From contig CM059427.1 of assembly GCA_030390025.1 (NCBI GenBank), forward strand, positions 182,590,001-182,654,000: 64,000 nucleotides of DNA, read 5' to 3'. Made by a program: the position numbers and the translations under genes. The stretch is from Squalus acanthias (Eukaryota). The notes under the pieces are model-generated. The model had not been told where the DNA came from. It saw nothing but the letters and a program-made list of their open reading frames with translations, and did not search any database. How positions within the stretch are numbered: the first letter of the stretch is position 1; each line of letters begins with the position of its first letter. This document shows positions 36,866-49,175 of this stretch, piece by piece.

Positions 36866-38053
36866 TGCATGGATCCTGTGCATGGATCTTGTGCATAGAT
36901 CCTGTGCATGGATCCTGTGCATGGATCTTGTGTATGGATCCTGTGCATGGATCCTGTGTATGGATACTGTGCATGGATCTTGTGCATAGATCCTGTGCAT
37001 GGATCCTGTGCATGGATCCTGTGTATGGATCCTGTGTATGGATACTGTGTATGGATACTGTGTATGGATCCTGTGCATGGATCCTGTGCATGGATCCTGT
37101 GTATGGATACTGTGTATGGATACTGTGTATGGATCCTGTGCATGGATCTTGTGTATGGATACTGTGCATGGATCTTGTGCATGGATCCTGTGCATGGATC
37201 TTGTGTATGGATCCTGTGCATGGATCCTGTGTATGGATACTGTGTATGGATACTGTGTATGGATCCTGTGCATGGATCCTGTGTATGGATCCTGTGTATG
37301 GATCCTGTGTATGGATACTGTGTATGGATACTGTGTATGGATCCTGTGTATGGATCCTGTGCATGGATCCTGTGTATGGATCCTGTGCATGGATCTTGTG
37401 TATGGATCCTGTGCATGGATCCTGTGTATGGATACTGTGTATGGATCCTGTGCATGGATCCTGTGTATGGATCCTGTGTATGGATCCTGTGCATGGATAC
37501 TGTGTATGGATCCTGTGCATGGATCCTGTGCATGGATCCTGTGCATGGATACTGTGTATGGATACTGTGTATGGATCCTGTGCATGGATCCTGTGTATGG
37601 ATCCTGTGTATGGATCCTGTGCATGGATCCTGTGCATGGATACTGTGCATGGATCTTGTGCATGAATCCTGTGCATGGATCCTGTGTATGGATCCTGTGC
37701 ATGGATCCTGTGCATGGATCGTGTGTATGGATCCTGTGCATGGATCTTGTGTATGGATCTTGTGTATGGATCCTGTGTATGGATCCTGTGTATGGATCCT
37801 GTGCATGGATCCTGTGCATGGATCCTGTGCATGGATCTTGTGCATGGATCCTGTGCATGGGTCTTGTGCATGGATCCTGTGTATGGATCCTGTGCATGGA
37901 TCTTGTGCATGGATCCTGTGCATGGATCCTGTGCATGGGTCTTGTGCATGGATCCTGTGCATGGATCCTGTGCATGGGTCTTGTGCATCGATCCTGTGCA
38001 TGGATCCTGTGCATGGATACTGTGCATGGATCATGTGGATGGATCTTGTGCAC
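36866..38053. repeat. 13-bp minisatellite, ~91 units, consensus ATGGATCCTGTG(C/T)
   Basis: Directly visible; variants GGATCC/GGATCT/GGATAC/GGGTCT and GCAT/GTAT. Confidence 0.98.
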
Positions 38054-38444
38054 AAGATACTTAGAAAGAATTCTGGGGTGACCTCAGTGGAACAGCCAGG
38101 CCACATGGGAAGTTAGTTAAAAATGAGTTTGCACAGTTGAGTTGAAAGGTAAAACATCAACTGAAAATTTCACTTACAAATAGGAATTTCACCATGGGCT
38201 CTACTGTTCAGTCGAGAAGATAAAAAAACATGAATGATTTTTATGGAACGACTTTCATTCCTTAATTGAATTTTAGATGGAAAACAACTATGTGGCTATG
38301 ATTCATGAGCTGGAGAAAATCACTGAACTAAAATTTCCTAAGCAGCCCCAATGATACCGCTGCACAAATGAGAGAATTAAATTAAACAATAAATGAATGA
38401 CAAACAAAGCTATTACAACTCCAGTTCTTAGTGCCTCCGGTTAT

Positions 38445-38810
38445 TGGTTCAAGTCCCAATCCAGAGTCTTGAGCTCAAAAATCTAGCCTGCAGTTCTGAG
38501 GGAGTGCTGCACTGTAGGAGGTGCCATCTTTCGGATGAGATGTTAAACCGAGGCCCTGTCTCCCCCCTCAAGTGGATGCAAAAGATCCCATGTCACTGTT
38601 TCGAAGAAGAGCAGGGGAGTTAGCCCCAGTGTCCTGGCCAATAGTTAGCCTTCAATTAACATCACTAAAAAGCAGAAGATCTGGTCATTATCACATTACT
38701 GTTTGTGGGAGCTTGTTGTGTTTCCTACATTACAACAGTGACAAGACTTCAAAAGTACTTCCTGAGGTTGTGAAAGGCACTATATAAATGCAAGTTCTTT
38801 CTTTTCTTTA
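38445..38810 (+). mobile_element. SacSINE1-like Deu-SINE
   Basis: Similar to 7455-7912, with internal deletions. Confidence 0.8.
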
Positions 38811-38871
38811 TATTGTGACAACACTACTCAGCACATCATCTGCATCACCAGTAGGACCAACATCATCTTTA

Positions 38872-39004
38872 TACAAAAGCAAAATACTGCGGATGCTGGA
38901 AATTTGAAATGAAAACAGAAAATGCTGGAAATACTCAGCAGGTCAGGCAGCATCTGTGGAGAGAGGAGCAGAGTTAACGTTTCAGGTCGATGACCTTTCA
39001 TGAG
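38872..39004 (-). mobile_element. Penelope-derived family B terminal repeat with mutated hammerhead
   Basis: CUCAUGA-a-agguc(auc)gaccu-GAAA-cg-UU-aacu; core G changed to C. Confidence 0.7.
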
Positions 39005-39825
39005 GGAAAATAGGTAAATGTGTGGCATTCTCCTCTGTCAGAGATTGTGGAGACTCTGTTTATAGGTTGAATCATTCTCTTACACTGGAAAGCAGGGCGA
39101 CCAGCAGTTGAGAATTGGATGGGGGGTGGGGGGGGAGGGGTGGAGGAAATTGCCCACCCATTGGCCGTCTGAGGTCCACCTGACATGATTTTTCAGATGG
39201 GTGTTCCCACCCACAATAGAATCTTATTAAAATATTTAAATCAGGGTCCTATGCTGATTGTAGGACCCCAACGCCATTTTTGTGAGCCAACAGATAGAGC
39301 GTGCACTGCAAATGCTCCGCCCATTGGTACCAGGCGTTGAGTAGCCTAACCAATGGTCCTTAAAGTGACCGCTGGTGGCCACTCAGAAAACGGCCCCAAA
39401 AGATTGTTTTTACACTGAGTTTTGTGGGACCTGGAGGAGCATGAATACTCCTCCCGGCCCCACAAAAACCTTCAAGCCTGCTGTCAGCTACTCAGTGCCA
39501 CCCCCCACCCCCACCCCCACAAACACCCCCTTCATGTCCTGACTACTGGCTTGGCCCCTTGGAGGAGCCACCAGATTCTCCATCCCCCCCCCCAGCGGTG
39601 AGCTGCACGTGTAGGCTCACTGAGCAGTAGCAGCTTGACCACAACATTTTGATGACACCCGACTATCAGAATGGTTCAGACCTCTTGTTGGAGCCATTGG
39701 GTGAGGGTAGCGCGTTGCCAAATGGATGTGCGCTCCAGCTGAAAATCGTCCCAGCCGTGATAACATGCACGTCACTACGCAAAGGGTTACACCAATGAAC
39801 AGAAAGTAGCATCGTAATTCTAAAG

Positions 39826-40285
39826 AAAGAAAAGAAAAAGAAAGACTTGCATCTAAATGGCACCTTTCACGACCGCAGGACGCCCCAACATGCTTTACAG
39901 CCAATGAAGTACTTTTGAAGTGTAATCACTGTCGTAACGCAGGAAACGCAGCGGCCAATTTGCGCACAGCAAGATCCTCCAAAGAGCAATGAGGTAATGA
40001 CCAGATTATCTGTTTTGAAATAACAACAGAAAGCGCTGGAAATTGAGGGAATAAATATTGGCCAGGATACCGAGTAGAACGCCACTGCTCTTCTTTGAAA
40101 TAGTGACATGGAATCTTTTACGTTCACTTGAGAGAGCAGATGCGGCCTCAGTTAAACATCTCATTCGAAAGACGGCACCTCCAACAGTGCAGCACTCCCT
40201 CAGTACTGCACTGGAGTGTCAGCCTAGAGTTTTGTGCTCAAGTCTCTGGAGTGGAACTGTGAACCCACAACCCTTCTGACTCAGA
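39826..40285 (-). mobile_element. SacSINE1-like Deu-SINE
   Basis: Reverse complement of the 7455-7912 family. Confidence 0.8.
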
Positions 40286-41624
40286 GCCACAGTTTACACC
40301 CTGAAATAAAGAAACAAGGAGTTGAAAAATGTACCTTTTATCGCAAGTGTTTCATTCAGAGGTTGAGTGCAATGTGTACATTTTGTACTCTGTTGCAGAA
40401 ATTTGCCAGTGTCAGCTGGAAGGGAGACGTTTCAAGAATCATTCTTGTAGCTTTCTACTGCAGTCCCACAACATCTTCTTGTTTAGCTGCTGCATTACTA
40501 ACTGCATGGACTGCAGATCACCTCGAGGTTCCCGAGGCTTATGATTAACATGCAGTATTATGTTTGCGTTCAAGAATACAGACGATTTCAATTAAATGAA
40601 TAACGGATAAGTGCACAATATTCCTAAGCTAATAAAGTTTATATCATTCCTTATCAACACCCACACTTGTGGTGCCTACTAAATTTAGCACTGTGTTTCT
40701 TCAAGTACTTTGTAAGGGCAGCGATAGAGATCATTAAAAACCTGTCAATGGTTTGCAGCTCTGCTCTACATTACCTCTTGCTCCTGTGCAGGAGAACTTA
40801 AAGCAAGCTGAAATTGATCAGTTTCTAATGAAGTAGATTTGTCAGCTGCTTTCCCATTTGAAGGGTGCAGGTTGTGTTTCTTCTCCTGGGCCATGAGCCT
40901 GCCATATTACCATTTGTGTCAGTGCAGGAGGAATGAGGTGCCATTGAGTAAATACTCAGCAAAAATTAATTAGCATGTCGAAGGAATGCAGCCTCAAGTG
41001 ATGTGGAGATCCCTTAGGGTGGATCACCATGCTGGTATCTGAATCTGTAGAGATAGGCAGATCCTGAAACTTCCTGAGCCCATACCCCTCAGTGATTCCT
41101 TTAGAGAGAATAAAATATCTGGACGTTGCTACATCATTAGAAATCAGGATGTTGGAATCATCAATGCTCCTTTTTGATGATCCCTTGTTGAACATGGACA
41201 CTGGCCGGCTTATTTATGGAAAAGTGAAATGTTCCCACAAGGAACAGAGCAGCACTGGGAACAGCAGCAGTGATACTTGGATCACATCTTGCAAAATAGG
41301 CAACAAAAAACCTGGCAGAGTAAATGTAGGGTGAAATACTAACGTGAGAGCCCATATATTATTATTATGGTGGAGTTAATCCTATGTCCTCACCCCACAC
41401 CAAGCTATTCTAACTTACTATGATATCAGGAAAGCAGATCATGTCTCTGGATAACTGAGCAGCAAGGAGCAGGGAGCCTATGGATTTTTCTTCCCTGACT
41501 CCGGGGTGCTGAGGATGGAAGTGCTCCTACTGCTGCCCAGGCCGGGATCAGATAACTCAATACAGTTCAGGATCAAACCTGGTGCCTATGGCTCGGTTAC
41601 TCACTATGCAATTAGTGAGTGTGC

Positions 41625-41908
41625 CAGCTGTGGCTCAGTGGTAGCACTCTCACCTCTGGGTCAGAAGGTTGTGGGTTCAAGCCCCACTCACAGAGCACAA
41701 AATCTAGGCTGACATTCCAGGGCAGTACCGAGGGAGTGCTGCACTGTCAGTAGGTGACGTCTTTCAGATGAAACGTTAAACTGAGGCCTCGTCTGCTCTC
41801 TCAGGTGGACATAAAAGATCCTATGGCACTATTCCGAAGAAGAGCAGGGGAGTTATCCCCGGTGTCCTAGCCAATATTTATCCCTCAATCAACATCACTA
41901 AAAACAAA
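41625..41908 (+). mobile_element. SacSINE1-like Deu-SINE, 5' part
   Basis: A box tggctcagtggt, B box ggttcaagccc, Deu core. Confidence 0.8.
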
Positions 41909-44214
41909 TTCTACATGATCACAACTGAGTGGGAAAAAAAGTAAATGAATTTGAGGCTGAAGAATATCTACACTACTCAGGCTCACTTGTCCATTGTGCG
42001 GCCTGACACTTGATGGATTATGTTTACCTTCTCCACAGTTCCAAGTTATACAATATTTATTTTCTTCCTCCTAAACCAGACCTTCAAGCCCCAGTGAAAT
42101 CGTGACACTCCATTTCATCTGGATGGTTTACAAGCAGCAAAATAATTTACCTGCTGGAAGTCGCATCAGCACTTTGCATGGTTTCCTGTGTCGCCCACAT
42201 GCTCCAAAGAGGTTTGTTTTACTCTCTCTGCTCTGTGTAAAGATTACAAATCCCGCTCCCATATTCTGCAAGCCAAACATCTGGAGGCAGAGTGGTTGCT
42301 TGGCTGCAGCAATTGTTATAAGCACTCGGTACTTATGATTGATAAGATGAAACATTTCATGTAAAAGGGCTGCATTAAATATTTGCATTTTCAATCATGA
42401 ACGTAGAACATGCAAGATTCTCAACTCATCAGTTTGCAAACAATTTATTTATTTTCTCGGATTCCCATTGTCCAAATCCCATGGATCCCATCATTGTAAT
42501 CTAAACAATGCCCCCAGGGCTAAAAAAAATAATTTCATCAAACCAGATTTATCTTAATTAAAAGACAACGGCTGCCTCTGTATAACTACAATACAGGCAG
42601 AAAACAAGCATTTTTAATTGTAGATAGTGAAGTAAGACAGTAAAGCTCAGCTGCTTTAGAATGTAAACATTGCGCGTTTCAGATACAGCAGACGCACGCT
42701 CAATTCCATTGGGTAGGCATAGTTTAGGCAGTAATGATCTTATATCAAATAGAGTTAATGGTTAGCTTAAGGGTTTCAACACGCTGGAGAATACAATTCA
42801 TTTCCGAGTCTGTTTTTGGATTTTATGCAGAAACCAGCAGATTATCTCGGGGGGTTTCCTTATATTACGTTTTATATAATAAAAACTATTTGTGCTTTTA
42901 AAGCAGTTTTTTGTTCCCCACAACGAATGCAGCTGTTCAAGAAGAAGGCCCACCACCACTACCTTCTCAGGACAACTAGGGATGGGGATGGGCAATAAAT
43001 GCCGGCCTTGCCAGTGACGTCCACATCCCAGGAGTCAAATTTAAAAAAAAGTTTTTAGCCATTTGCAAGGATGTTGGCAATTTTAAATTACAAGTCTCAT
43101 TTTTTGCTTATTTATTTTATATGAACCTAAGCTTGGGGATAACATCAGGTCATATCACAACATTTCTTGATGTGATTTAGTAATTAAAAACAAAAACAGA
43201 AAATATAAAGTCATTGATGGGATTAACTTGGGCAACAAAGAAAAAAGAAAAAGAGACCGCAAGTGCCGGGAATCCTCAATAAAAACAGAAGGCACTGGCA
43301 GAAGTGTCGCTAGAAAGAAAAGACACGCTAACGATTCGAGAGTCTATCTCCATGAGAATTAAAATCCGAAAAATAATCAAGCATTTGAGCAAGGTGTGAA
43401 AAATGGAGAGGATGGGAGGGGGAGGAGCAAGAGACATTCCAATCACAGAGTTCTGGTTCATCTGCAAATTGCCTGTTGAAAACTGTTAATCATGTAAAAG
43501 ATCATCATTGACACAGTCCCCAGCACTTACACCACCTGCACTTATCACGGACTGCCACCTATATCGGGCAAATGGCATTAACCATTTGACATCACCGTAG
43601 GCGTCATTTACAAAGGCACCATTTAAAATATAGCCAGCTGGTTCGTGCCGTTCAGTACTTATCAATTTAAAAGCTCCTCTGATTTCAGATAACGTCAGGT
43701 CTTCAAGCAGCTTCAATCAGCTGTTCGTACTGTTAACAACTACAGGAGGCAGTGGAGACTTTGGGCAGCTTCAATCAGCTGTTTGCTCTGTTAACATATT
43801 ATGGTTTTACCATCCACTGTGTACAGCGGGCAAATCGCGTTAGCACGAACGCGGACTGTACATCCCTTAAATGTAACTCTTTTGTCCGAATCCTTTCTGT
43901 GGAAAAATGGTCCAAACTCCCTTAAACCTGACCGAAGGTTATGCATCGGAGATGTTAACTTATCATTTCTTTTTACAGATGCTGACTGACGTGCTATGCA
44001 TTTCCAGCATTTTCTGAATGTATTTACGATGGGATCTCACTGAAGGAGTACCTTGCTCCGAATCAGTGAGATTTTTATGTTTCGAAAGATCAGTGAAGTA
44101 GAACAGCATGGTCTTATCCACTACATTAACTCCATCATCAATACAATCCCCTCAATTAAATGCAACTCACGTGTGGAACAATTTCAATAAAAAGAAACAC
44201 TCAATCCCCAGACA

Positions 44215-44625
44215 ATGTGAAGTGATGCATTTTGGAAGGAAGAATGAGGAGAGGCAATATAAACAAAATGGTACGATTTTAAAGGGAGGAGCAAGAACAG
44301 AGAGACCTGGGGGTTCACATATAAAAATCTTTGAAGGTGGCAGAACAAGTGGATAAAGCTTGTTAATAAAGCATATGGGGGTCCTTGGCTTTATAAATAG
44401 AGGCAGTGTACAAAAGCAAGGAGGCTATGCTGAACCTTTTTTCATGCAGTGAGTTGTTGTGATCTAGAATGCACTGCCTGAAAGGGTGGTAGAAACAGAT
44501 TCAATAGTAACTTTAAAAAGGGAATTGGATACATACTGGAAAAAGAAAACATTTCAGGGCTATGGGAAAAGAGCAGGAGAGTGGGACTAATTGGATAGCT
44601 CTTTCAAAGAGCTGGCACAGGCATG
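44215..44625 (+). mobile_element. Old CR1 3' fragment with internal deletion
   Basis: CEVMHFGRKN motif and gaatggcctccttctgtgctgtatgattct tail. Confidence 0.75.
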
Positions 44626-45351
44626 ATGGGTCGAATGGCCTCCTTCTGTGCTGTATGATTCTACGCGAGTAATGGTGATGGAGGAAAGTGATGCTGTGAA
44701 GCCCATCATAAAATATTTAAGCACGGACTCTAGGTAGAGTGGGCATTAAGGGCCTAGTGGTCTTTTCTTGCTCTGGATATTCTTGCACCAAAACTAATTA
44801 AGATGATCTCATCGCCTTTTATTTTCTCCAGTAACCAATAAATGAAGCTCACTTTTAAAAGGCTCTGAAGCCATTAGCTAAATGAACAGGTATTTATTTT
44901 AAGCGTAATCACCCAGCTTCACACTTTGGTAATGAATAGTAGCAAAGTCACGCCCTTCAACTAAATATAAAATCATTGACAGGAAAATTACCCATTTGGA
45001 AGCCTGATTGTGCTTGATTTACAATTATCAAAACAGCTACAGGAGCTGAGTGAGAATGATGGACAGCAACAAGTGCCAGACAGAAGTGTTGTTAAGTGGG
45101 TAGTATTCCAAATATGTTAGGAAGAACCAATGAGTTGTTTGGAGCTGCAAATCCCTCCCAGATATCACTGATTATGCATCATACTTCAAGATACAATTTT
45201 AATACATTTAAATTCAAATTTTCAGGCTAATCACCGAACCAACTAATTATTTTCCCTCCTAGGAAAGTGTCAGCTTGGCTTAGTTGGTAGCACTCTTGCC
45301 TCTGAGTCTGAAGGTTATGGGTTTAATCTCCACTCCAGACTTGGGCACATT

Positions 45352-46114
45352 GGGCCAAAATAGCGGCATCTCGCCGTCTGACAGTCAGCGGCGCACGAAC
45401 ATTTGCACTTGCCCATAGACTTTCTATGAGGTTCTGCACTAGAACACACTGTAAATTTGCGATGCAAAAAGCACAGCGCCCTCTATAGGGCATCCGGGGC
45501 CTGTGTGAACAGGGCAAACAACGGTGTATCTCCTTAACCAATCAGATTGAAGAATCGTTAATCAACCAGTAAGTGTAAGTTAGAATAATGAATTCAATGT
45601 AAAATCAGGTACAGAAAGCAAAATAAAGAGAGGGGAAGAAGGATTGGATTAAGAGAAAGAAAGATAAAAGGGACAGCAAGAAAAGTTAAAAAAAAGTTTT
45701 CGTTAATTTAAAAATAATCTCCGACAATAATTAAAATCTGAAGGAATGAGAGTCCACACTTGTTAGAGTTAATTTTCAGTGCCAGAGAGGTTGTTTGGCA
45801 GTAACAAAGACTTACCCCGCCGTTAATAGGGTGCTTACACTGGAATGGACAAGCCCTAACTTTTACTGGCGAGTTTAGTTCGTTATGTATCAGTCCCGCA
45901 CCTTCACGCCGTTCAATGTATTTGAATGGTGAGTCAGACGGTGAGATACTGTTATCACGCAGCTTATTGGGGAGGAGGGTATCTCGGACAGCAACTATCT
46001 AATTTCCGCTTTTAACTGCACTTGGGCGATTGCCGGAAGTTGCTGTCCAATTTCCATGTAAATAACAGTGAACACTGTTAGCCACACTCTTATTTCTACC
46101 ACAAAATCTGGCCC
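45352..46114. mobile_element. Harbinger-type MITE (related to 47364-48796)
   Basis: Ends gggccaaaat / aaaatctggccc; shared ccaatca, gccagagag and gacagcaact..agttgctgtc segments. Confidence 0.7.
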
Positions 46115-46373
46115 GTAATCTATGCTGACACTTCAATGTAGTACTGAGGAAGTGATGCACTATCAGAAGTGCCGCTTATGGATGAGATGTTACACATTTT
46201 CCCATTTAGGTGGATAGAAAAGATCCCATGGAACTGTTCTAAAAGAGCAGGAATTCATCTTGGTTTAACCAGCAATCTGTCCTCAACCAATATTACAAAA
46301 AAAAACTGGTTATTCATTTGCTGTTTGTAGGACGTTGCAATTTGACTGCTGTGCTTGCCCACATATCAACAGT

Positions 46374-46536
46374 CATGATGCGGAGATGCCGGTGTTGGAC
46401 TGGGGTGGACAAAAGTGAGAAGTCGCACAACACCAGGTTATAGTCCAACAGTTTTATTTGGTGAAGTCACCTGACGAAGGCTTGTGATTTCAAATAAAAC
46501 TGTTGGACTATAACCTGGTGTTGTGCGACTTCTCAC
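46374..46536. mobile_element. Penelope family A fold-back mini-element
   Basis: Same terminus as 11297; perfect 46-bp inverted repeat (46415-46460 / 46491-46536); flanking acata(t/a)caacagt duplication. Confidence 0.8.
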
Positions 46537-47363
46537 ATAACAACAGTGACTACATTTTACAGGTAATTCATTGGTTGTGAAGTACTTTTGAATGTCTTGA
46601 GAACATGAAAGGAACTATATAGATGCAAGCACTTACTTTATTGCTCTGAATATGTTCTCAGATATTGAATTGGATACTTGGATGGAGGGTGTGTGCAGAT
46701 GACATTATGGTGGAATTGGCAAGTATAGGTGACTGAAGGATATGAATGGCATGCATGGTATAAAAACATGGCAAAGTGTGGAGATTGCATCCTATTATGA
46801 TCAGGTGAGATGTGTTGTGAGGTATGGCAAAGGCAGACAGAGAAGAGTTTCATGCCATCAGTCTGGGCTAGATTTGAATCAACGTGCCCAAGGTGAAAGG
46901 ACTGTGTGCTAACTCACAGCTCTATTGAGTCTCTCAGAAGATGGTATTTGAAGTTACTGTGAAAGGATGGACCTGACTATGTGGTGGGTAGTGTCCTGAA
47001 GACATTAATCTGTTTCTAGTTGTGCATCAAGGAGCTGTAAGAGAGGAAAGGGGACATCATGCTGTGCTTCATAATAGTATTATTAGAGGTAGGTGTCTGT
47101 AATCTCTGCATTAGATAGTTGTGTGTGTTAGAGCTGGGTAGAGGTGTTTATTGCTGCAAGAGACATTTGTTGAATGAGGTCTGTGCTTCATGTAACAGGT
47201 GGCTATTATGAACTCCTGACTGAATACAAATACGTGTTACTACCAGGGTTAGACTATGCAAACTGTAGGAGCAAGTGCTGATGTTTTGAGATCTTTGGCT
47301 CAGCAGAAATTGTATGTGCAAATTAAATTGTCTGTGATAAATGAATATTGTACAAAACATATA

Positions 47364-48796
47364 GGTCCAGATTTTGCGGTCAGCAGTGAAGTGACGGCAC
47401 TCGCCGTTGACCTTGAAGAAAGCTGCCCACAAAGTTTTAACGAGCTCTGTTGTGTTGATTTCCCCTTTTCCGATGTGACTTTCAATCTGGCGCCATCGAA
47501 AGAGATCTGTGGTGCCTAGCAACAGTGATGTCATCAAGCAGGCTGAGCAGCCAATCACATTGAAGAATTTTCACAGCAAACCAGGAAGTAAAAAGCAGGT
47601 TTTATCATTTTACAGAATGTGAAATAAAGATTGGGACATACACAGGTAGAAGCTGAAATATCATAAACCAACTTAAAAATTTGTTTTTTATTATTTTAAA
47701 AATCTATGGAAATTTCATCATGGAATGAAAGGAATGACACTCCATAATATAAAATTAGTTTTTCAGGGCCAGAGAGATTGTTCAGCAGTAATTATGACTT
47801 AGTATACTGTTAAAACACTTCATTCAACAAGACTTAACTTTTTCAATGGTTTTTACAGTAGAATAGTGTGTAAAAAGTTGAAGTTCACGTCAAATCAGTG
47901 ATTTCTAATTGATTCCATCTGTAAAGACTGCAACAGTGCACCCTGAGGAGGAGCAGGGTATCACTGACAGCAACTTCTGGATTTCCACATTTAACTGCGC
48001 ATGTGGGGACACCAGGGGGGGCAAAATTGGGTCGCGCCCCCTTTGGGGCACTAACTTCGCCGGGGTGCTACTTTTAGCGCCCTGAAAAAGTTTGCGCCCC
48101 CACGCCCGAAATTCACTGGTAGCGCCCCAAGAGGGAGGCGGGGCGCTGCTGAAAGTGCCCCGCCTCCCTCTTGGGGCGCTGCGAGTGAACATCGCGCCGC
48201 TACGTGCAGCAGCGCCATGCGCTGCGGCACATCGCACCGTGGTACTGCAGGCCTTCCTCCCCTTATTAAAGGGGAGGGGACCCGGGGCCCAGCTGAGCCA
48301 CCAGGGATCGGAGTGCCGGCAAAAGAGCGGGGGGGGCGGCACAGAAGGCCGGGGACAGCAACGGGGGCAGGTGCTGGCAGGTGGCCAGCAACAAAAATGT
48401 CCGCCCGGCACCTCCCCTTTAATTTGCGCCGCCCCGACTGCAGGTAGGCCCCCCTGACCCCATCGGACATAGTGTCTGGCAGTAAGTCAGGGGGCGCTAC
48501 TGAAGATCGCGGCCAGGGTGCTGTGCACGCCGATGACAGTCATCGCTGGAGGCGTAGCGCTGCGGGTCGCTAACTGTTACCGTCGCCGCTAACCTTCCAC
48601 TGAATTTTGCGGGAGGCGTTAGCGGCGCCACGCCCAGGCGCTAGTTGCTTTGCACCCCGTTAGCGCCCACTTAGTGTGCTAATGGGAGGCGCAAATCAAC
48701 CGAATTTTCCCCCCCAGAAGTTGCTGTCAGATTTACAGAGTAATGAGGGGTGAACGCTGACAGTTTCGCCGTAATTACAACCGCAAATTCCGGGCC
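47364..48796. mobile_element. Harbinger-type MITE hosting a nested MITE
   Basis: TIRs ggtccagattttgcggt / accgcaaattccgggcc; TSD ATA. Confidence 0.8.
48016..48714. mobile_element. Nested Harbinger MITE with ends related to the 2497-6892 element
   Basis: TIRs ggggggcaaaatt / aattttcccccc; TSD CAG; subterminal ggtcgcgcccc.tttggggc and gggaggcgcaa shared with the autonomous copy. Confidence 0.85.
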
Positions 48797-48881
48797 ATAA
48801 ATTCTGATGACCTTTATAACATGAATAATTTCATCAGCTTAGTACTTTCATATGATTTCACAACATTTTCCAAAGTGCTTA

Positions 48882-49175
48882 ATTCTGGCCTCTTGCGCAT
48901 ACCCAGTTTAATCGTCCCACCATTGGTGGCCGTGCCGTCAACTGCCTAGGCCCTATGGTCTGGAATTCCCTTCCTAAACCTCTCTGCCTCTCTACCTCTC
49001 TCTCCTCCTTTAAGACGGTCCTTAAAAACTACCTCTTTGACCAAGCTTTTGGTCATCTGCCCTAATTTATCCTTATGTGGCTTGGTGTCAAATTTTGTTT
49101 TATAATGCTCCTGTGAAGTGACTTGGGACATTTTACTACGTTAAAGGTGCTATACAAATACAAGTTGTGGTTGTT
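48882..49175 (+). mobile_element. L2 LINE 3' fragment
   Basis: Matches 60950-61248. Confidence 0.8.

Larger units (their letters stand above)
45270..46635 (+). mobile_element. SacSINE1-like SINE interrupted by a MITE (45352-46114) and a Penelope-derived hairpin (46374-46536)
   Basis: SINE sequence resumes in register after each insertion. Confidence 0.75.

Noticed and set aside
36832-38116. 270-420-aa ORFs in all six frames
   Set aside because: Artefact of a stop-free 13-bp minisatellite.
43486-43716. Minus-strand 76-aa ORF with an internal GTAAGT
   Set aside because: No recognisable protein, weak exon-side context and no clear acceptor.
47905-48470. GC-rich ORFs or a CpG-island promoter
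   Set aside because: Almost entirely inside a TIR/TSD-bounded MITE; no recognisable protein.
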